Below are positions 26,188-35,523 of a DNA stretch of 64,000 bases, one piece after another. The first letter of the stretch is position 1; every line of letters starts with the position of its first letter. A program made the position numbers and the translations under genes. The notes below the pieces were generated by a model that ran no database searches, was not told the DNA's origin, and saw only the letters and a list, made by a program, of their open reading frames with translations. The DNA comes from Actinomycetota bacterium (GTDB taxonomy: Bacteria; Actinomycetota; UBA4738; HRBIN12): positions 76,786 to 140,785 of the forward strand of contig JBBEAY010000023.1 of the NCBI GenBank assembly GCA_040882605.1, given 5' to 3'.

Positions 26188-26985
26188 ATGACACCGCGTG
26201 TCGCACGTCCCACTGTTCGACCTCGATCCGAGCTCAAGCGCGAGATGGGCTTGTAGACCGCCACCGCGATGGTGGTCGGCAACATGATCGGGTCCGGGGT
26301 GTTCCTGCTTCCTGCGGCTCTCGCAGGGGTCGCGCTCGTCTACGGCTCCAGCGCCCTGCTGGCGTGGGTGGTCACCGGCGTGGGAGCGATGCTCCTGGCC
26401 GGCGTGTTCGCGACGATGGGTCGCGCTTACCCGAAGACCGGCGGACCGTACGCATACGCACGCCGAGCGTTCGGCGACTTCGTCGGGTTCCAGACGGCGT
26501 GGGGCTACTGGATCGCCGCCTGGGTCGGCAACGCAGCGATCGCGACGGCGTTCGTCGGCTACACCACTGTGGTGTGGCCGGGGCTCGCTGACAGCAACCT
26601 CGCCATGGCGCTGCTCGCGGTCGGCTCGATCTGGCTGCTCACCTTCGTCAACATCCTGGGGGTGCGTGAGGGAGGTCGGGTCCAGGTTGCGACGACGATC
26701 CTGAAGTTCGTGCCGCTCGCCTTGATCGCCGTGATCGGCCTCTTCTCGATAGACACGGCTCACTTCACACCGTTCCTCGAAGCTACGGGGTCGACCGGAC
26801 GCAACGCCCTCACGTTGCTCGAGGGCATCACCGCGGCAGTGGGCTTGACCCTGTGGGCGTTCATCGGGCTCGAGTCGGCGACCGTGCCGGCCGAGGAGGT
26901 GAAAGATCCGGGGCGGACGATCCCCAGGGCGACGTACCTGGGAACGGCCGTCACGACCCTGATCTACATCGTCGCGACCTCCTGT
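26188..26985 (+). pseudogene. APC-family amino acid permease remnant (in-frame TAG plus 3-prime truncation)
   Basis: GAAGGAGGGA RBS and ATG at 26188. An in-frame TAG at 26254-26256 sits inside the conserved N-terminus (LKREMGL*TATAMVVGNMIGSGVFLLP). Permease-like sequence ends near TLIYIVAT, at about 7 TM instead of 12. Confidence 0.72.
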
Positions 26986-27064
26986 CCCCGACGATGCTCG
27001 ATCCTTTGCTCCGCGGTACGGAGTGGGGCAGGGTCTCTGATCGCTCCGAACGGGGGTGAGTTCG

Positions 27065-28414
27065 ATGTTCCGCGACCGTGTGGAGGCCGGGCGCCGCCTC
27101 GGCGAGCGGCTCAGGCAGTTCCGGGCCAGTTCGCCCGTGATCCTCGGGCTTCCCAGGGGAGGGGTGCCGGTCGCGGCGGAAGTGGCTCGGGCGCTTGAAG
27201 CGCCGCTGGACGTCCTCGTCGTCCGGAAGCTGGGCGTCCCCTGGCACCCCGAGCTCGGCTTCGGAGCGATCGGAGAGAGCGGCGTCACCGTCGTGGATGA
27301 AGAGGTCGTCGCGATGGCCCGGATCAGACCGTCGGAGATGGAGGACGTCATCCGTGCGGAAAGTGCGGAGCTCGAGCGGCGGGTTCGCCTCTACCGCGGA
27401 GATCGTTCACCCGTCCCGTTGCAGGGTCGCACCGTGATCGTCGTCGACGACGGCATCGCCACCGGAGTCACGGTCCGGGCGGCGATCGAGGTGTTGCGGC
27501 GCAGGGGCGCGGGCCACGTCGTGTTGGCGGTGCCGGCGGCGCCGCCGCGTGCCGTCGAGGCGCTGCGGTCCCTCGCTGACGAGATGGTCGTGCTCAAGTC
27601 GGAGGAGGCGTTCTTCGCGGTTGGCCAGTTCTACGACGAGTTCCCACAGGTCACGGATGAGGAAGTGACCCGGGTCCTGTCGGAGCCCGACGGCGAGCTC
27701 ACGTCGGTCGGGGCCGACGGCCCCTTCGTGCGGAGCTGCGACATCGACCTCGGTTCGGTCAGTCTCATGGGCGATCTGGCGATGCCTGCCCGGGCGACCG
27801 GTCTCGTCCTGTTCGCCCACGGCAGCGGCAGCAGTCGCCACAGCCCGAGGAACCGTTCGGTCGCGCGCAGACTGAACGAGGCGGGACTTGGGACGTTGCT
27901 CTTCGACCTGCTGAAGGCCGAGGAGGAACTCGACCGCTCGAACGTGTTCGATATCGGCCTCCTGGCGGATCGCCTCGTCGAGACGACTGGATGGCTTCGC
28001 CGTCAGCCGGAGGCTGCCGGCCTGCCGGTCGGCTACTTCGGGGCGAGCACCGGAGCCGCTGCCGCTCTGATCGCAGCCGCAAAGCTGAGCAACACGATCG
28101 GGGCCGTCGTCTCTCGGGGCGGGCGACCCGATCTGGCTGGATCCCGCCTCGCCGACGTGCGTGCGGCCACGCTGCTGATCGTCGGGGGCCAGGATCGAGT
28201 CGTCCTCGGGCTGAACAGGGACGCGCAGGCACTGCTCGGCGCCCCGAGCGAGCTGCAGGTCGTGCCCGGAGCGACGCACTTGTTCGAGGAGCCGGGCGCG
28301 CTTGAGCGGGTCGCCGTGCTCGCCGCCGGATGGTTCACGCGGTATCTAGCAGGCGTCGCGGCGGAACCTGTAGGGTCGGAAACTCCGATCCGCCTCCAGC
28401 TCGCCGATCCGTAG
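27065..28414 (+). CDS. phosphoribosyltransferase domain fused to dienelactone-hydrolase-like alpha/beta hydrolase (Rv0571c-like)
   Basis: PRPP motif VIVVDDGIATGVT, N-terminus FRDRVEAGRRLGERL, and a C-terminal hydrolase region LVLFAHGSGSSRHSPRN. Confidence 0.88.
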   Translation: MFRDRVEAGRRLGERLRQFRASSPVILGLPRGGVPVAAEVARALEAPLDVLVVRKLGVPWHPELGFGAIGESGVTVVDEEVVAMARIRPSEMEDVIRAESAELERRVRLYRGDRSPVPLQGRTVIVVDDGIATGVTVRAAIEVLRRRGAGHVVLAVPAAPPRAVEALRSLADEMVVLKSEEAFFAVGQFYDEFPQVTDEEVTRVLSEPDGELTSVGADGPFVRSCDIDLGSVSLMGDLAMPARATGLVLFAHGSGSSRHSPRNRSVARRLNEAGLGTLLFDLLKAEEELDRSNVFDIGLLADRLVETTGWLRRQPEAAGLPVGYFGASTGAAAALIAAAKLSNTIGAVVSRGGRPDLAGSRLADVRAATLLIVGGQDRVVLGLNRDAQALLGAPSELQVVPGATHLFEEPGALERVAVLAAGWFTRYLAGVAAEPVGSETPIRLQLADP

Positions 28415-28517
28415 CATGCGCGGAAGCTGTTTCTCCTCTCCCTGATCGTCCGCGCGGTGGCTCGCTGTGTCGCGAGCTCGGCGGATGACGGCTCCAAGGA
28501 CTGCGGGTCGGGTCCTT

Positions 28518-28539
28518 CGGCCCCCCGGTTGGGGGGCCG
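28518..28539 (+). terminator. GC-rich hairpin (9-bp stem) downstream of the PRT/hydrolase gene
   Basis: CGGCCCCCC-GGTT-GGGGGGCCG. No U-tract. Confidence 0.35.
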
Positions 28540-28597
28540 AAGCCCCTTCCGCTGGCCGTTCCCCCGACCTACCGTCGTGGGCGAAGGGAGGACGAAG

Positions 28598-28879
28598 ATG
28601 GCACGGAAGCTGGACCGATGGAAGCAGTTCAGGCCCTGCCCTCAGTGCAACTACAACTTCGGCACAGGAGAGGGCGAACGGGGTTGCTCCTGGGGCGAGT
28701 GCCCGTACCTTCCTGAGGAGTTGAACGTGTTCTGCGACTCCTGCAGGTTCGACTTCCTCACTATGGAGGGGAACCCCCCATGTCCCGACCCCGCGACCTG
28801 TGAACATGGCGTGGAGCCCCGATCCCACGTCGAAAACGTGCGCGAGTGGATGAGGACCCTAGACATCGCGGTGCCGTAG
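28598..28879 (+). CDS. small Cys-rich (8 Cys) probable metal-binding protein
   Basis: GGGAGGA RBS 6 nt upstream. Contains CPQC...C...C...CDSC...C...C. 93 aa. Confidence 0.55.
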   Translation: MARKLDRWKQFRPCPQCNYNFGTGEGERGCSWGECPYLPEELNVFCDSCRFDFLTMEGNPPCPDPATCEHGVEPRSHVENVREWMRTLDIAVP

Positions 28880-29058
28880 TGCATCGGGAGATGCCATGAG
28901 GACGTGCCCCGGGTGCGGCTATCGTGGCGGCCCCAATACTGCCGGTCCTAGGCCGACGACGAACTGCCAGCACGTCCCCGATCGGCCGCGCGATCTGCCG
29001 GTTGATCCGTCTTGGTCGCCGCCGCGGACCTATGCCGACGATGACCCGATCGGGCCGC

Positions 29059-29352
29059 ATGCGGAAGGGGGCTGCGAACCAGGTAGCGCACGGACACATC
29101 TCCCTTGCCCTCGACGTTCGATGGCCGCCGCCGGCCGGCGACGAGTGGCTGTACCGCGCGGCCTGCGCCCTGGACTGCGGGAAGTTCTTCGGGCGGTTCC
29201 ATATCGATCCCGCAACGGACCTGCAGGTCGGTCACGAGATGGTCCTCGTGCAGTGGCGGCGCGGGAGGAAGCTCGTGGTCTGGCCGCCCCCCGTGTCCAA
29301 GGCTAGGCCCTGTACCCGAGGCCGCGATGGACTGGTGGCAGTGGGGGTGTGA
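29059..29352 (+). CDS. hypothetical protein; possibly the 3-prime part of a frameshifted gene starting at 28896
   Basis: High GC3 in this frame from about 29060 onward. The preceding segment 28896-29060 is coding-like in a different frame (MRTCPGCGYRGG..., with a GGGAG RBS). Confidence 0.3.
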   Translation: MRKGAANQVAHGHISLALDVRWPPPAGDEWLYRAACALDCGKFFGRFHIDPATDLQVGHEMVLVQWRRGRKLVVWPPPVSKARPCTRGRDGLVAVGV

Positions 29353-29367
29353 ACGACGAGGACTAAC

Positions 29368-30324
29368 ATGGAAGCCATGCAGGTCTACCACCTGACGATT
29401 CAGGAGAACGGGCACTCGGTACGGTTCGTCTACGAGGACCGTGATGAGGCGCTGGCGCGCCTCGCCGATGCGATCGCCGCCGGGCTCGACGCAAAGCTCG
29501 ACGAGGTTGTGCGCGCGCCGGCGTTCCCGAAGCCGACCGAGAGGTTGCCGGACGAGATCGTGCCCGTTCGCCACCAAGGCGAGAGGCTCGGGGCGGTCTC
29601 GATCGAGAAGAAGCCGGGCGAGTCCCTCACCCCGCCCGAGCGGATGCTTGTCTCTGACCTCGGCTCGCAGGCGGGCCTCGGGCGTGGAAACGCGGCGCTC
29701 ATCGCCGATCTTCGCGACTCCCGCCAACGCCTAGTCGCCGCTCAGGACGACGAACGTCGCAAGCTGGAGCGGAGTCTCCACGGAGCGCAGCAGCATGTCG
29801 GCGCGCTAGCGGTGAAGCTCCGGCTCGCGGAGTCCCTCGCGGAGCGCGACCCGTCCGCCACCAAGACGATGCTCACGGATCTTCGGACCGAGACGGGGGA
29901 GGCGCTGGAGAGCCTCCGTGACCTCGCCCGGGGGATCTACCCACCCCTGCTCGCCGACAAGGGGCTGGCGGCCGCTTTGGAGTCGCAGGCTCGCAAGGGT
30001 TCGGTGCCGACCGAGGTCAGATCCGAGGGGATCGGGCGCTACCCCCCGGACGTGGAATCGGCCGTCTACTTCTGCGCCCTGGAGGCGCTGAACAACGTCG
30101 CGAAGTACGCGGGCGCCACCCGAGCGGAGGTTCGCCTCGCCCAGGCCGACGGGGAACTCACCTTCGAGGTCTCCGACGACGGCGACGGGTTCGATCCTGC
30201 CCAGACCGGCTACGGGACCGGTCTGCAGGGCATGGCCGACCGACTGGATGCGATAGGCGGGACACTCAGGGTTCACTCGCAGCCTGGGAAGGGCGCGCAG
30301 GTCACAGGGCGAGTTCCCGTCTAG
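29368..30324 (+). CDS. cytoplasmic HisKA_3-type sensor histidine kinase with a short, apparently truncated sensor region
   Basis: Dimerisation/H-box AAQDDERRKLERSLHGAQQH (atypical, lacking the usual HD) and an HATPase_c domain (VYFCALEALNNVAKYA ... DDGDGF ... GLQGMADRL). Confidence 0.82.
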   Translation: MEAMQVYHLTIQENGHSVRFVYEDRDEALARLADAIAAGLDAKLDEVVRAPAFPKPTERLPDEIVPVRHQGERLGAVSIEKKPGESLTPPERMLVSDLGSQAGLGRGNAALIADLRDSRQRLVAAQDDERRKLERSLHGAQQHVGALAVKLRLAESLAERDPSATKTMLTDLRTETGEALESLRDLARGIYPPLLADKGLAAALESQARKGSVPTEVRSEGIGRYPPDVESAVYFCALEALNNVAKYAGATRAEVRLAQADGELTFEVSDDGDGFDPAQTGYGTGLQGMADRLDAIGGTLRVHSQPGKGAQVTGRVPV

Positions 30325-30433
30325 GCGGTACCTGCCGACGCGCTACCTCGGTGCATATCTGGAGCTCTTCCTTCAACTCATTCGAGGAGGAGTCGGCCGT
30401 CCTCAGGCTCGCTCCTGACCGTTCCGAGACCGA

Positions 30434-30991
30434 TCACGCCACGTCGACCATCGGCACGGCGGCGGTCCGCCGGACGTGGCGGAAGCCGAGGAATGCGAAG
30501 ACCGCGAGCGCGACTCCGGCAACGATGAGCGCCATGCCCACGTACAGAGCGATGGTCGCCACCGTCCACCATCCGTAGGCGTTCAGCAGGATCGATCGGA
30601 GCGCCTCGCCCTTGAACAGGGTGTCGGCTTTCCCTTGGAGCTCCGCAGCCGTGTCAGGATCGAGTCCCTCCTCCCGGGCGGCTGCGCTCGTCTCCGAGTA
30701 GGTCTTGCCCTCGTTCACTTCTGCGAGGTGCCCTCCGATGTACCGGGCGAAGCCTTCGGCCTCAGGTCCGGTGTCGACCGTCTGACCGGCGAAGTCGCCG
30801 AGCTGCTCCTGCTCCTCAGGGGTCATCGCATCGAGAGGTGGGAACACCACTCTCTCCGGCCGCAGCCGATCCTGCACGTTGTCCCTGCCGAAGTCACCCC
30901 CGTACACGGCAGCGGCGCCGATCACGATGAGGGCGATCGCCACAACCGCTCCCGCTGCGCTTACGATCCGGTCCCAGCTCGTCCTGTCCAT
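30434..30991 (-). CDS. two-TM membrane protein with a large external loop, unknown function
   Basis: TM helices sit at both ends (AVVAIALIVIGAAAV and VATIALYVGMALIVAGVALAVFAFLGF). Confidence 0.65.
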   Translation of the reverse strand: MDRTSWDRIVSAAGAVVAIALIVIGAAAVYGGDFGRDNVQDRLRPERVVFPPLDAMTPEEQEQLGDFAGQTVDTGPEAEGFARYIGGHLAEVNEGKTYSETSAAAREEGLDPDTAAELQGKADTLFKGEALRSILLNAYGWWTVATIALYVGMALIVAGVALAVFAFLGFRHVRRTAAVPMVDVA

Positions 30992-31461
30992 GTGGCATCT
31001 CCTCCCTTTCGCATCGCATCACGATGCGTGCGGTCCTTCGATGTTCAAGTGTCTCTGGGTGGCGTCCGATCCCGGGGTGCCGGACGGCCCTCGCTTCTCG
31101 GGACCTTCGACCCGGTGCGCACACGCTCATCAGGCCATGCTGGCTGACGAGGAGGCGAGATCATGCGCTACATGGGTGAGTGCACCGGCTTCTCGTCAAC
31201 AGAGCCCCGCCTCGAAGGTCTGGTCGGCGCGCCGTCGACGAGAGAACCCGGTCCGATGTTCGCTGTCGGGATTCACGGGCGTGGCGCGACCGTGGTGCGT
31301 CCTTCCCCGCGGCGGGCGTTGCCGCGCCAAGGATCTGTAACGCCTCCGGCCGGAGGAGCCAACGGCCGAACGAACAGAAGGTCCCGGAGCGGCAGGGTCG
31401 GACGCCCCTCACGGCGACCCCGTTCCTCGGCCAGACTAGGGATAGGAGGGAGGTGAATGCC

Positions 31462-31878
31462 ATGTTCAAGAAGATCTTCTTGGCGGTCGACGGCTCCGAG
31501 AGTAGCGGGCGGGCCACGAAGCTCGCCGCCGATCTCGCGAAGGCGTCGGGTGGCGAGGTGGTCGTATTCCACGCTCGTGAGCGGGAGTTCGCTGCACGCG
31601 CGGGCATCGTCGACATCGAGACGCCGACGGAGACACGCGAGCTGGTCGACGAGACCGTCAGAGGCCTCAAGGAAGCCGATGTCAACGCCCGAGGCGATGT
31701 GCGAACCGCACTGATCGGAACTGTCGCGAGAGAGATCGTCGATGTTGCGGCGGCCGAGGGCGCAGATGTGATCGTGATGGGCACCCGCGGCCTGTCCGAC
31801 TGGAGCGGACTCTTCCTCGGAAGCGTCACCCATCGGGTGATCCACGCCGCAGAGGTTCCGGTCCTCGTCACTCGGTGA
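31462..31878 (+). CDS. universal stress protein (UspA family)
   Basis: GGAGGGAGG RBS. Contains FKKIFLAVDGSESS ... VIVMGTRGLSDWSGLFLGSVTHRVIHAAEVPVLVT. Confidence 0.9.
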   Translation: MFKKIFLAVDGSESSGRATKLAADLAKASGGEVVVFHAREREFAARAGIVDIETPTETRELVDETVRGLKEADVNARGDVRTALIGTVAREIVDVAAAEGADVIVMGTRGLSDWSGLFLGSVTHRVIHAAEVPVLVTR

Positions 31879-31888
31879 ACCGTGATCT

Positions 31889-31918
31889 GGAGGCGGCAGC
31901 CATGTCGGTGCCGCCTCC
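31889..31918 (+). terminator. hairpin after the USP gene
   Basis: GGAGGCGGC (31889-31897) pairs with GCCGCCTCC (31910-31918), with a 12-nt loop. Confidence 0.45.
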
Positions 31919-32028
31919 GCGGACGCCAACACGCTGCCCCATGGTCCCGGGGGGTACAGGGGTGAACGACGGGTTCGCGGAAGGTATACCGGGCCGCAGT
32001 CAGCGATCTGACGGGAAGGGGAGGCGAC

Positions 32029-32232
32029 ATGAAGGCGACCGTGGGCGACAAGCTGGTGATCCAAGGCCATCACATCGGTGAGCATGAGCGGGACGCGGAG
32101 ATCCTCGAGATCCACGGGGAGGAGGGGACCCCTCCGTTCCTCGTCCGGTGGTCGGACACGGGCCATGAGGGCCTCGTGTTCCCGGGACCCGATGCATCGA
32201 TCGAGCATCCCGGCGGGTCTCTGCCGAGCTGA
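32029..32232 (+). CDS. DUF1918 domain protein (Rv0569/Rv2302-like)
   Basis: MKATVGDKLVIQGHHIGEHERDAEILEIHGEEGTPPFLVRWSDTGHEGLVFPGPDA matches the DUF1918 pattern. GGGAAGGGGAGG RBS. Confidence 0.8.
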   Translation: MKATVGDKLVIQGHHIGEHERDAEILEIHGEEGTPPFLVRWSDTGHEGLVFPGPDASIEHPGGSLPS

Positions 32233-32348
32233 TCCGATGCGTAGCTCGCCTGAGTATCCGTCGCCTGGACCGAGGGTTCTCATGGAACCCTCGGTCGGTC
32301 TTGAAGACTCTTCCCTCGCTGCTTCCGCGGCGCGGGTACGCTGCGACG

Positions 32349-33494
32349 ATGTCCGCGGGCACCCCTTCGAGCCAACGGGACCAGGCGCTGATCGAAGCAG
32401 GCATGATCCTTGCATCGGAGCTGTCACTCGACGCGGTGTTGCAGCGCATCGTCGAGTTGGCGGTCGAGATCACCGATGCGCGGTACGGGGCTCTCGGGGT
32501 CTTGACGCCTGACCATCGGGCGATCGAGGAGTTCATCACCGTGGGCGTGACGCTCGAAGAGCGGGCAGCGATCGGTGACCCCCCCGTCGGCCACGGGGTT
32601 TTGGGGGTCCTCATCGAGGACATATGCCCGCTCCGCCTCCCCGACATCGGGAAGGATCCTCGTTCGGTGGGATTCCCTGCCAACCATCCACCCATGCGGT
32701 CGTTCCTCGGCGCTCCGGTGGTGGCCCGCGGAACCGTGTTCGGCAACATCTACCTCACAGAGAAGAAAGACGCGTCAGAGTTCAGCGAGCAGGACCAGGA
32801 CGCGCTCGTCGTGCTCGCTTCCCAGGCCGGCATCGCGATCGAGAATGCGCGGCTCTACGAAGAGGCGCAGCGAGCCCAACGGAAGCTGGCACGTCTCGAG
32901 CTGTTCGAGGAGCGGGAGCGCATCGCGAAGGAGCTGCACGACGGGGTGATCCAGTCGCTGTTCGCCGTCGGCATGGGACTGCAGGGGATCGCAGCAGCGA
33001 CCGATGACCCCGAGGTCGCTCGCCGCCTCGAGGGCGCCGTCGAGGAGGTCGATAGGGCGATCCGCGACCTGCGGAACTACATCTTCGGCTTGCGCCCGGG
33101 CATCCTGGCCGACAGACACCTCGGCCAGGCATTGCAGCAGCTGGCGCAGGAGTTCCAGACCAAGACCGAGGTCGTCACGATCGTCGATCTCGATCCCGCC
33201 CTCGCATCGGCCCTCGCCTCGAAGGCGCCCGATGTCGTGCAGCTGACCCGCGAGGCGCTCTCGAACGTCGGCCGCCATGCGGGGGCGACGACGTGCCGAG
33301 TGTCACTTCGCCGCAAGGACGACGGCGCCGTGCTCGAGATCGACGACGACGGCGCCGGCTTCGACGTCGACGGGCCTCACTCGGGCATGGGGCTCGCGAA
33401 CCTCGAGAGTCGCGTGGCGGGCCTCGGTGGGTCGTTCACCATCCAAAGCACCAAGGGAGAGGGCACGACCGTGCGTGCCCTCATCCCCTTGTAG
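32349..33494 (+). CDS. GAF-domain sensor histidine kinase (DevS/DosS-like, HisKA_3)
   Basis: GAF region (SLDAVLQRIVELAVEITDARYGALGVL ... FLGAPVVARGTVFGNIYLTEK), H-box ERERIAKELHDGVIQSLF, and an HATPase_c domain. Confidence 0.9.
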   Translation: MSAGTPSSQRDQALIEAGMILASELSLDAVLQRIVELAVEITDARYGALGVLTPDHRAIEEFITVGVTLEERAAIGDPPVGHGVLGVLIEDICPLRLPDIGKDPRSVGFPANHPPMRSFLGAPVVARGTVFGNIYLTEKKDASEFSEQDQDALVVLASQAGIAIENARLYEEAQRAQRKLARLELFEERERIAKELHDGVIQSLFAVGMGLQGIAAATDDPEVARRLEGAVEEVDRAIRDLRNYIFGLRPGILADRHLGQALQQLAQEFQTKTEVVTIVDLDPALASALASKAPDVVQLTREALSNVGRHAGATTCRVSLRRKDDGAVLEIDDDGAGFDVDGPHSGMGLANLESRVAGLGGSFTIQSTKGEGTTVRALIPL

Positions 33495-33515
33495 CGTCAC
33501 GAACAGTCCGTCCGG

Positions 33516-34877
33516 CTACGACACGACCAGCGCCGTCACCATGCCGAACATGCCCTCAGGTCCCTCGACGTGGGGAAGGATGTGGCAATGGAACGCCCAT
33601 GCCCCCGGATACACGGCGTGGACGAGCACGTCGAACCGTTGTCCCGGCGCCACCACCAGCGTGTCGGCCAGATACGGCTGAGCGAGCGGGAATCCGTCCT
33701 GGGCGACCACCTCGAAGTGATAGCCGTGCAGGTGCATCGGGTGCAGCATCGCCCCGTCGTTCGCGAGGTGCAGCAGCACCCAGTCACCGCGCTCGGCGGT
33801 GAGCGGCGCGGTCGCAGGGAACGACTTGCCGTTCAGCGTGAACCCGAGCGGACCGTCGCCGAGGAACATCGTGTACTCGCGATCGATGCCTGCCGGGGCG
33901 CCCGTGCGCAGGTGACCAGCGGCGTCGGTCGTGAAGGACGGATAGGACCAGGAGCCCTTCTCGGGCAGCACCATGAGCGCCCCGTAGAGACCCCGCCCGA
34001 CCTGTTCGGTGGAGTTGAAGTGGGAGTGGTACACGTAGAAGCCAGGCGGATCATTGATCGTGAACGTGTAGGTCCAGGAGCGCCCCGGCATGATCGGGTC
34101 CTGCGTCACGAAGGGCACGCCGTCGAACTCGTTCGGCACCGTCACGCCGTGGAAATGCAGTGTGGTCGGCTCGTCCAACTGGTTCTGCAGCACGAAGCGA
34201 ACCCTGTCCCCTTGCCGAACTCGGATCTCGGGCCCGGGGACCTGCTCGTTGAACGACATGGCATCGACGAACTTGCCCTTGGAGACTTCCCACTTGACCG
34301 GGAACGCCCACAGGTCGAACTGCTTCGTGCCATCGGGAAGGATCGTGGGCTTCAGGAGCTGACCGCCCTGCGTGTCGGTCTGATCGCCGGCCAGGAAGTC
34401 CTTCACCCCTTGCTCGTGCATCGCGGCCATCTGCTCGGCCGGCATGCTGGCCTGGGTTGGCGCCGCTGCGGTCTCCGCCCCCGCCGCGATCGTCGCGACC
34501 ATGCCGAGATCGGCGTGACCGGACACGGTGCAGAGCGCGTCGTAGCTGCCTTCGGCGAGCGGCGGCAGGTCCAACGTGGCCTGGGCACCGGGGTCGATGA
34601 CCTCGGTCTCGATCGTGGAACCGTCGACGACGACGCCGAACGTGTGAGGTGCCTCGCCTTGGTTCATCACGGTCATGCCGACCGGCGTGTCGGCGGGCAC
34701 GGCGATCGATGCCGGTTCGATCGCGAAGTCCGAGAGCATGACCTCGACGGCGGCCGGGGCGGCCTGTGCTTGCACTTCTGCTCCCGTTCCCTCGGCCGGG
34801 GACGTCGCGCTGCAGCCGGCGGCGACCAAGGTCAGTCCGACTGCACCCGCTGTGAACGCGGTTCGGATCCTGTGCAT
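33516..34877 (-). CDS. lipoprotein multicopper oxidase: N-terminal blue-copper cupredoxin domain plus a two-domain laccase-like core
   Basis: Lipobox LVAAGCS. Type-1 site HTFG...CTVSGHADLGM. MCO motifs HFHG, YHSH, HPMHLHGYHF and HCHILPHVEGPEGMFGM. Confidence 0.9.
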   Translation of the reverse strand: MHRIRTAFTAGAVGLTLVAAGCSATSPAEGTGAEVQAQAAPAAVEVMLSDFAIEPASIAVPADTPVGMTVMNQGEAPHTFGVVVDGSTIETEVIDPGAQATLDLPPLAEGSYDALCTVSGHADLGMVATIAAGAETAAAPTQASMPAEQMAAMHEQGVKDFLAGDQTDTQGGQLLKPTILPDGTKQFDLWAFPVKWEVSKGKFVDAMSFNEQVPGPEIRVRQGDRVRFVLQNQLDEPTTLHFHGVTVPNEFDGVPFVTQDPIMPGRSWTYTFTINDPPGFYVYHSHFNSTEQVGRGLYGALMVLPEKGSWSYPSFTTDAAGHLRTGAPAGIDREYTMFLGDGPLGFTLNGKSFPATAPLTAERGDWVLLHLANDGAMLHPMHLHGYHFEVVAQDGFPLAQPYLADTLVVAPGQRFDVLVHAVYPGAWAFHCHILPHVEGPEGMFGMVTALVVS

Positions 34878-35032
34878 CGTGGTGCTCCTTCCCTACACAA
34901 GAACGGTGTGACGCCGTACGCGTCCATCGGAGTCTCGCCGCGATCGGCGCGGGGGACAGCGGCCGATGGGCCCGTGACGACAGGGACCCTCGGCCCCTCC
35001 GCCGTGCCGCGCCATGTCCGACACTGGCCCGT

Positions 35033-35512
35033 ATGTTCGCCCGGTACTTCGTCGAGATCGCTATGGACCCCGCCGGTGTCGAGGCCGCGCTGCTCGACGA
35101 CCCTCAGGCGTGGCTCCCCGGGCTTGCGAGCGAGGCCAATCAGCGTGGCGACCACCTGCTCGCCGAGGTCGGGTTCGGCCAGAGGGTCCGCGTCCGCCGT
35201 CGGGTGCGTGTCGAGCTCGGCGAACCGGTCCACGCCGCCACGAAGACCGTCGTGCCGCTGCGGTGGACCGCGGTCGATGCGGCCGGGCTGTTCCCCGAGC
35301 TCGACGCGGATCTCGAGATCGCGCCGCTCGCGCCGCGCCGCTCTCAGCTCGCGATGAGCGCCCGATACGTGCCGCCGCTCGGCGTGATGGGCCGGGCGCT
35401 CGATCGGGCCGTGCTGTCCCGCGTGGCGGAAGCGACGCTCAAGGACTTCCTCGACCGCGTGGCGGAGCGGCTGGTCGAGGTTCCTCTCGGAGAGCCGTCG
35501 GTGTCCGGCTAG
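35033..35512 (+). CDS. hypothetical protein, co-directional with and 11 nt upstream of the response regulator
   Basis: 159 aa with high GC3. No family recognised with confidence. Confidence 0.55.
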   Translation: MFARYFVEIAMDPAGVEAALLDDPQAWLPGLASEANQRGDHLLAEVGFGQRVRVRRRVRVELGEPVHAATKTVVPLRWTAVDAAGLFPELDADLEIAPLAPRRSQLAMSARYVPPLGVMGRALDRAVLSRVAEATLKDFLDRVAERLVEVPLGEPSVSG

Positions 35513-35523
35513 TATCGGGTTCG

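Noticed and set aside
26254-26256. The in-frame TAG as programmed recoding (for example pyrrolysine or read-through).
   Set aside because: There is no supporting context, and the gene is also truncated at its 3-prime end. A pseudogene or sequencing error is the simpler explanation.
33516-34877. Copper nitrite reductase (NirK) with an N-terminal cupredoxin extension.
   Set aside because: The core carries the HFHG / YHSH / HxxHxH / HCH trinuclear-cluster motifs of multicopper oxidases, not the NirK HNxDFH and YHCAP...H...M pattern.
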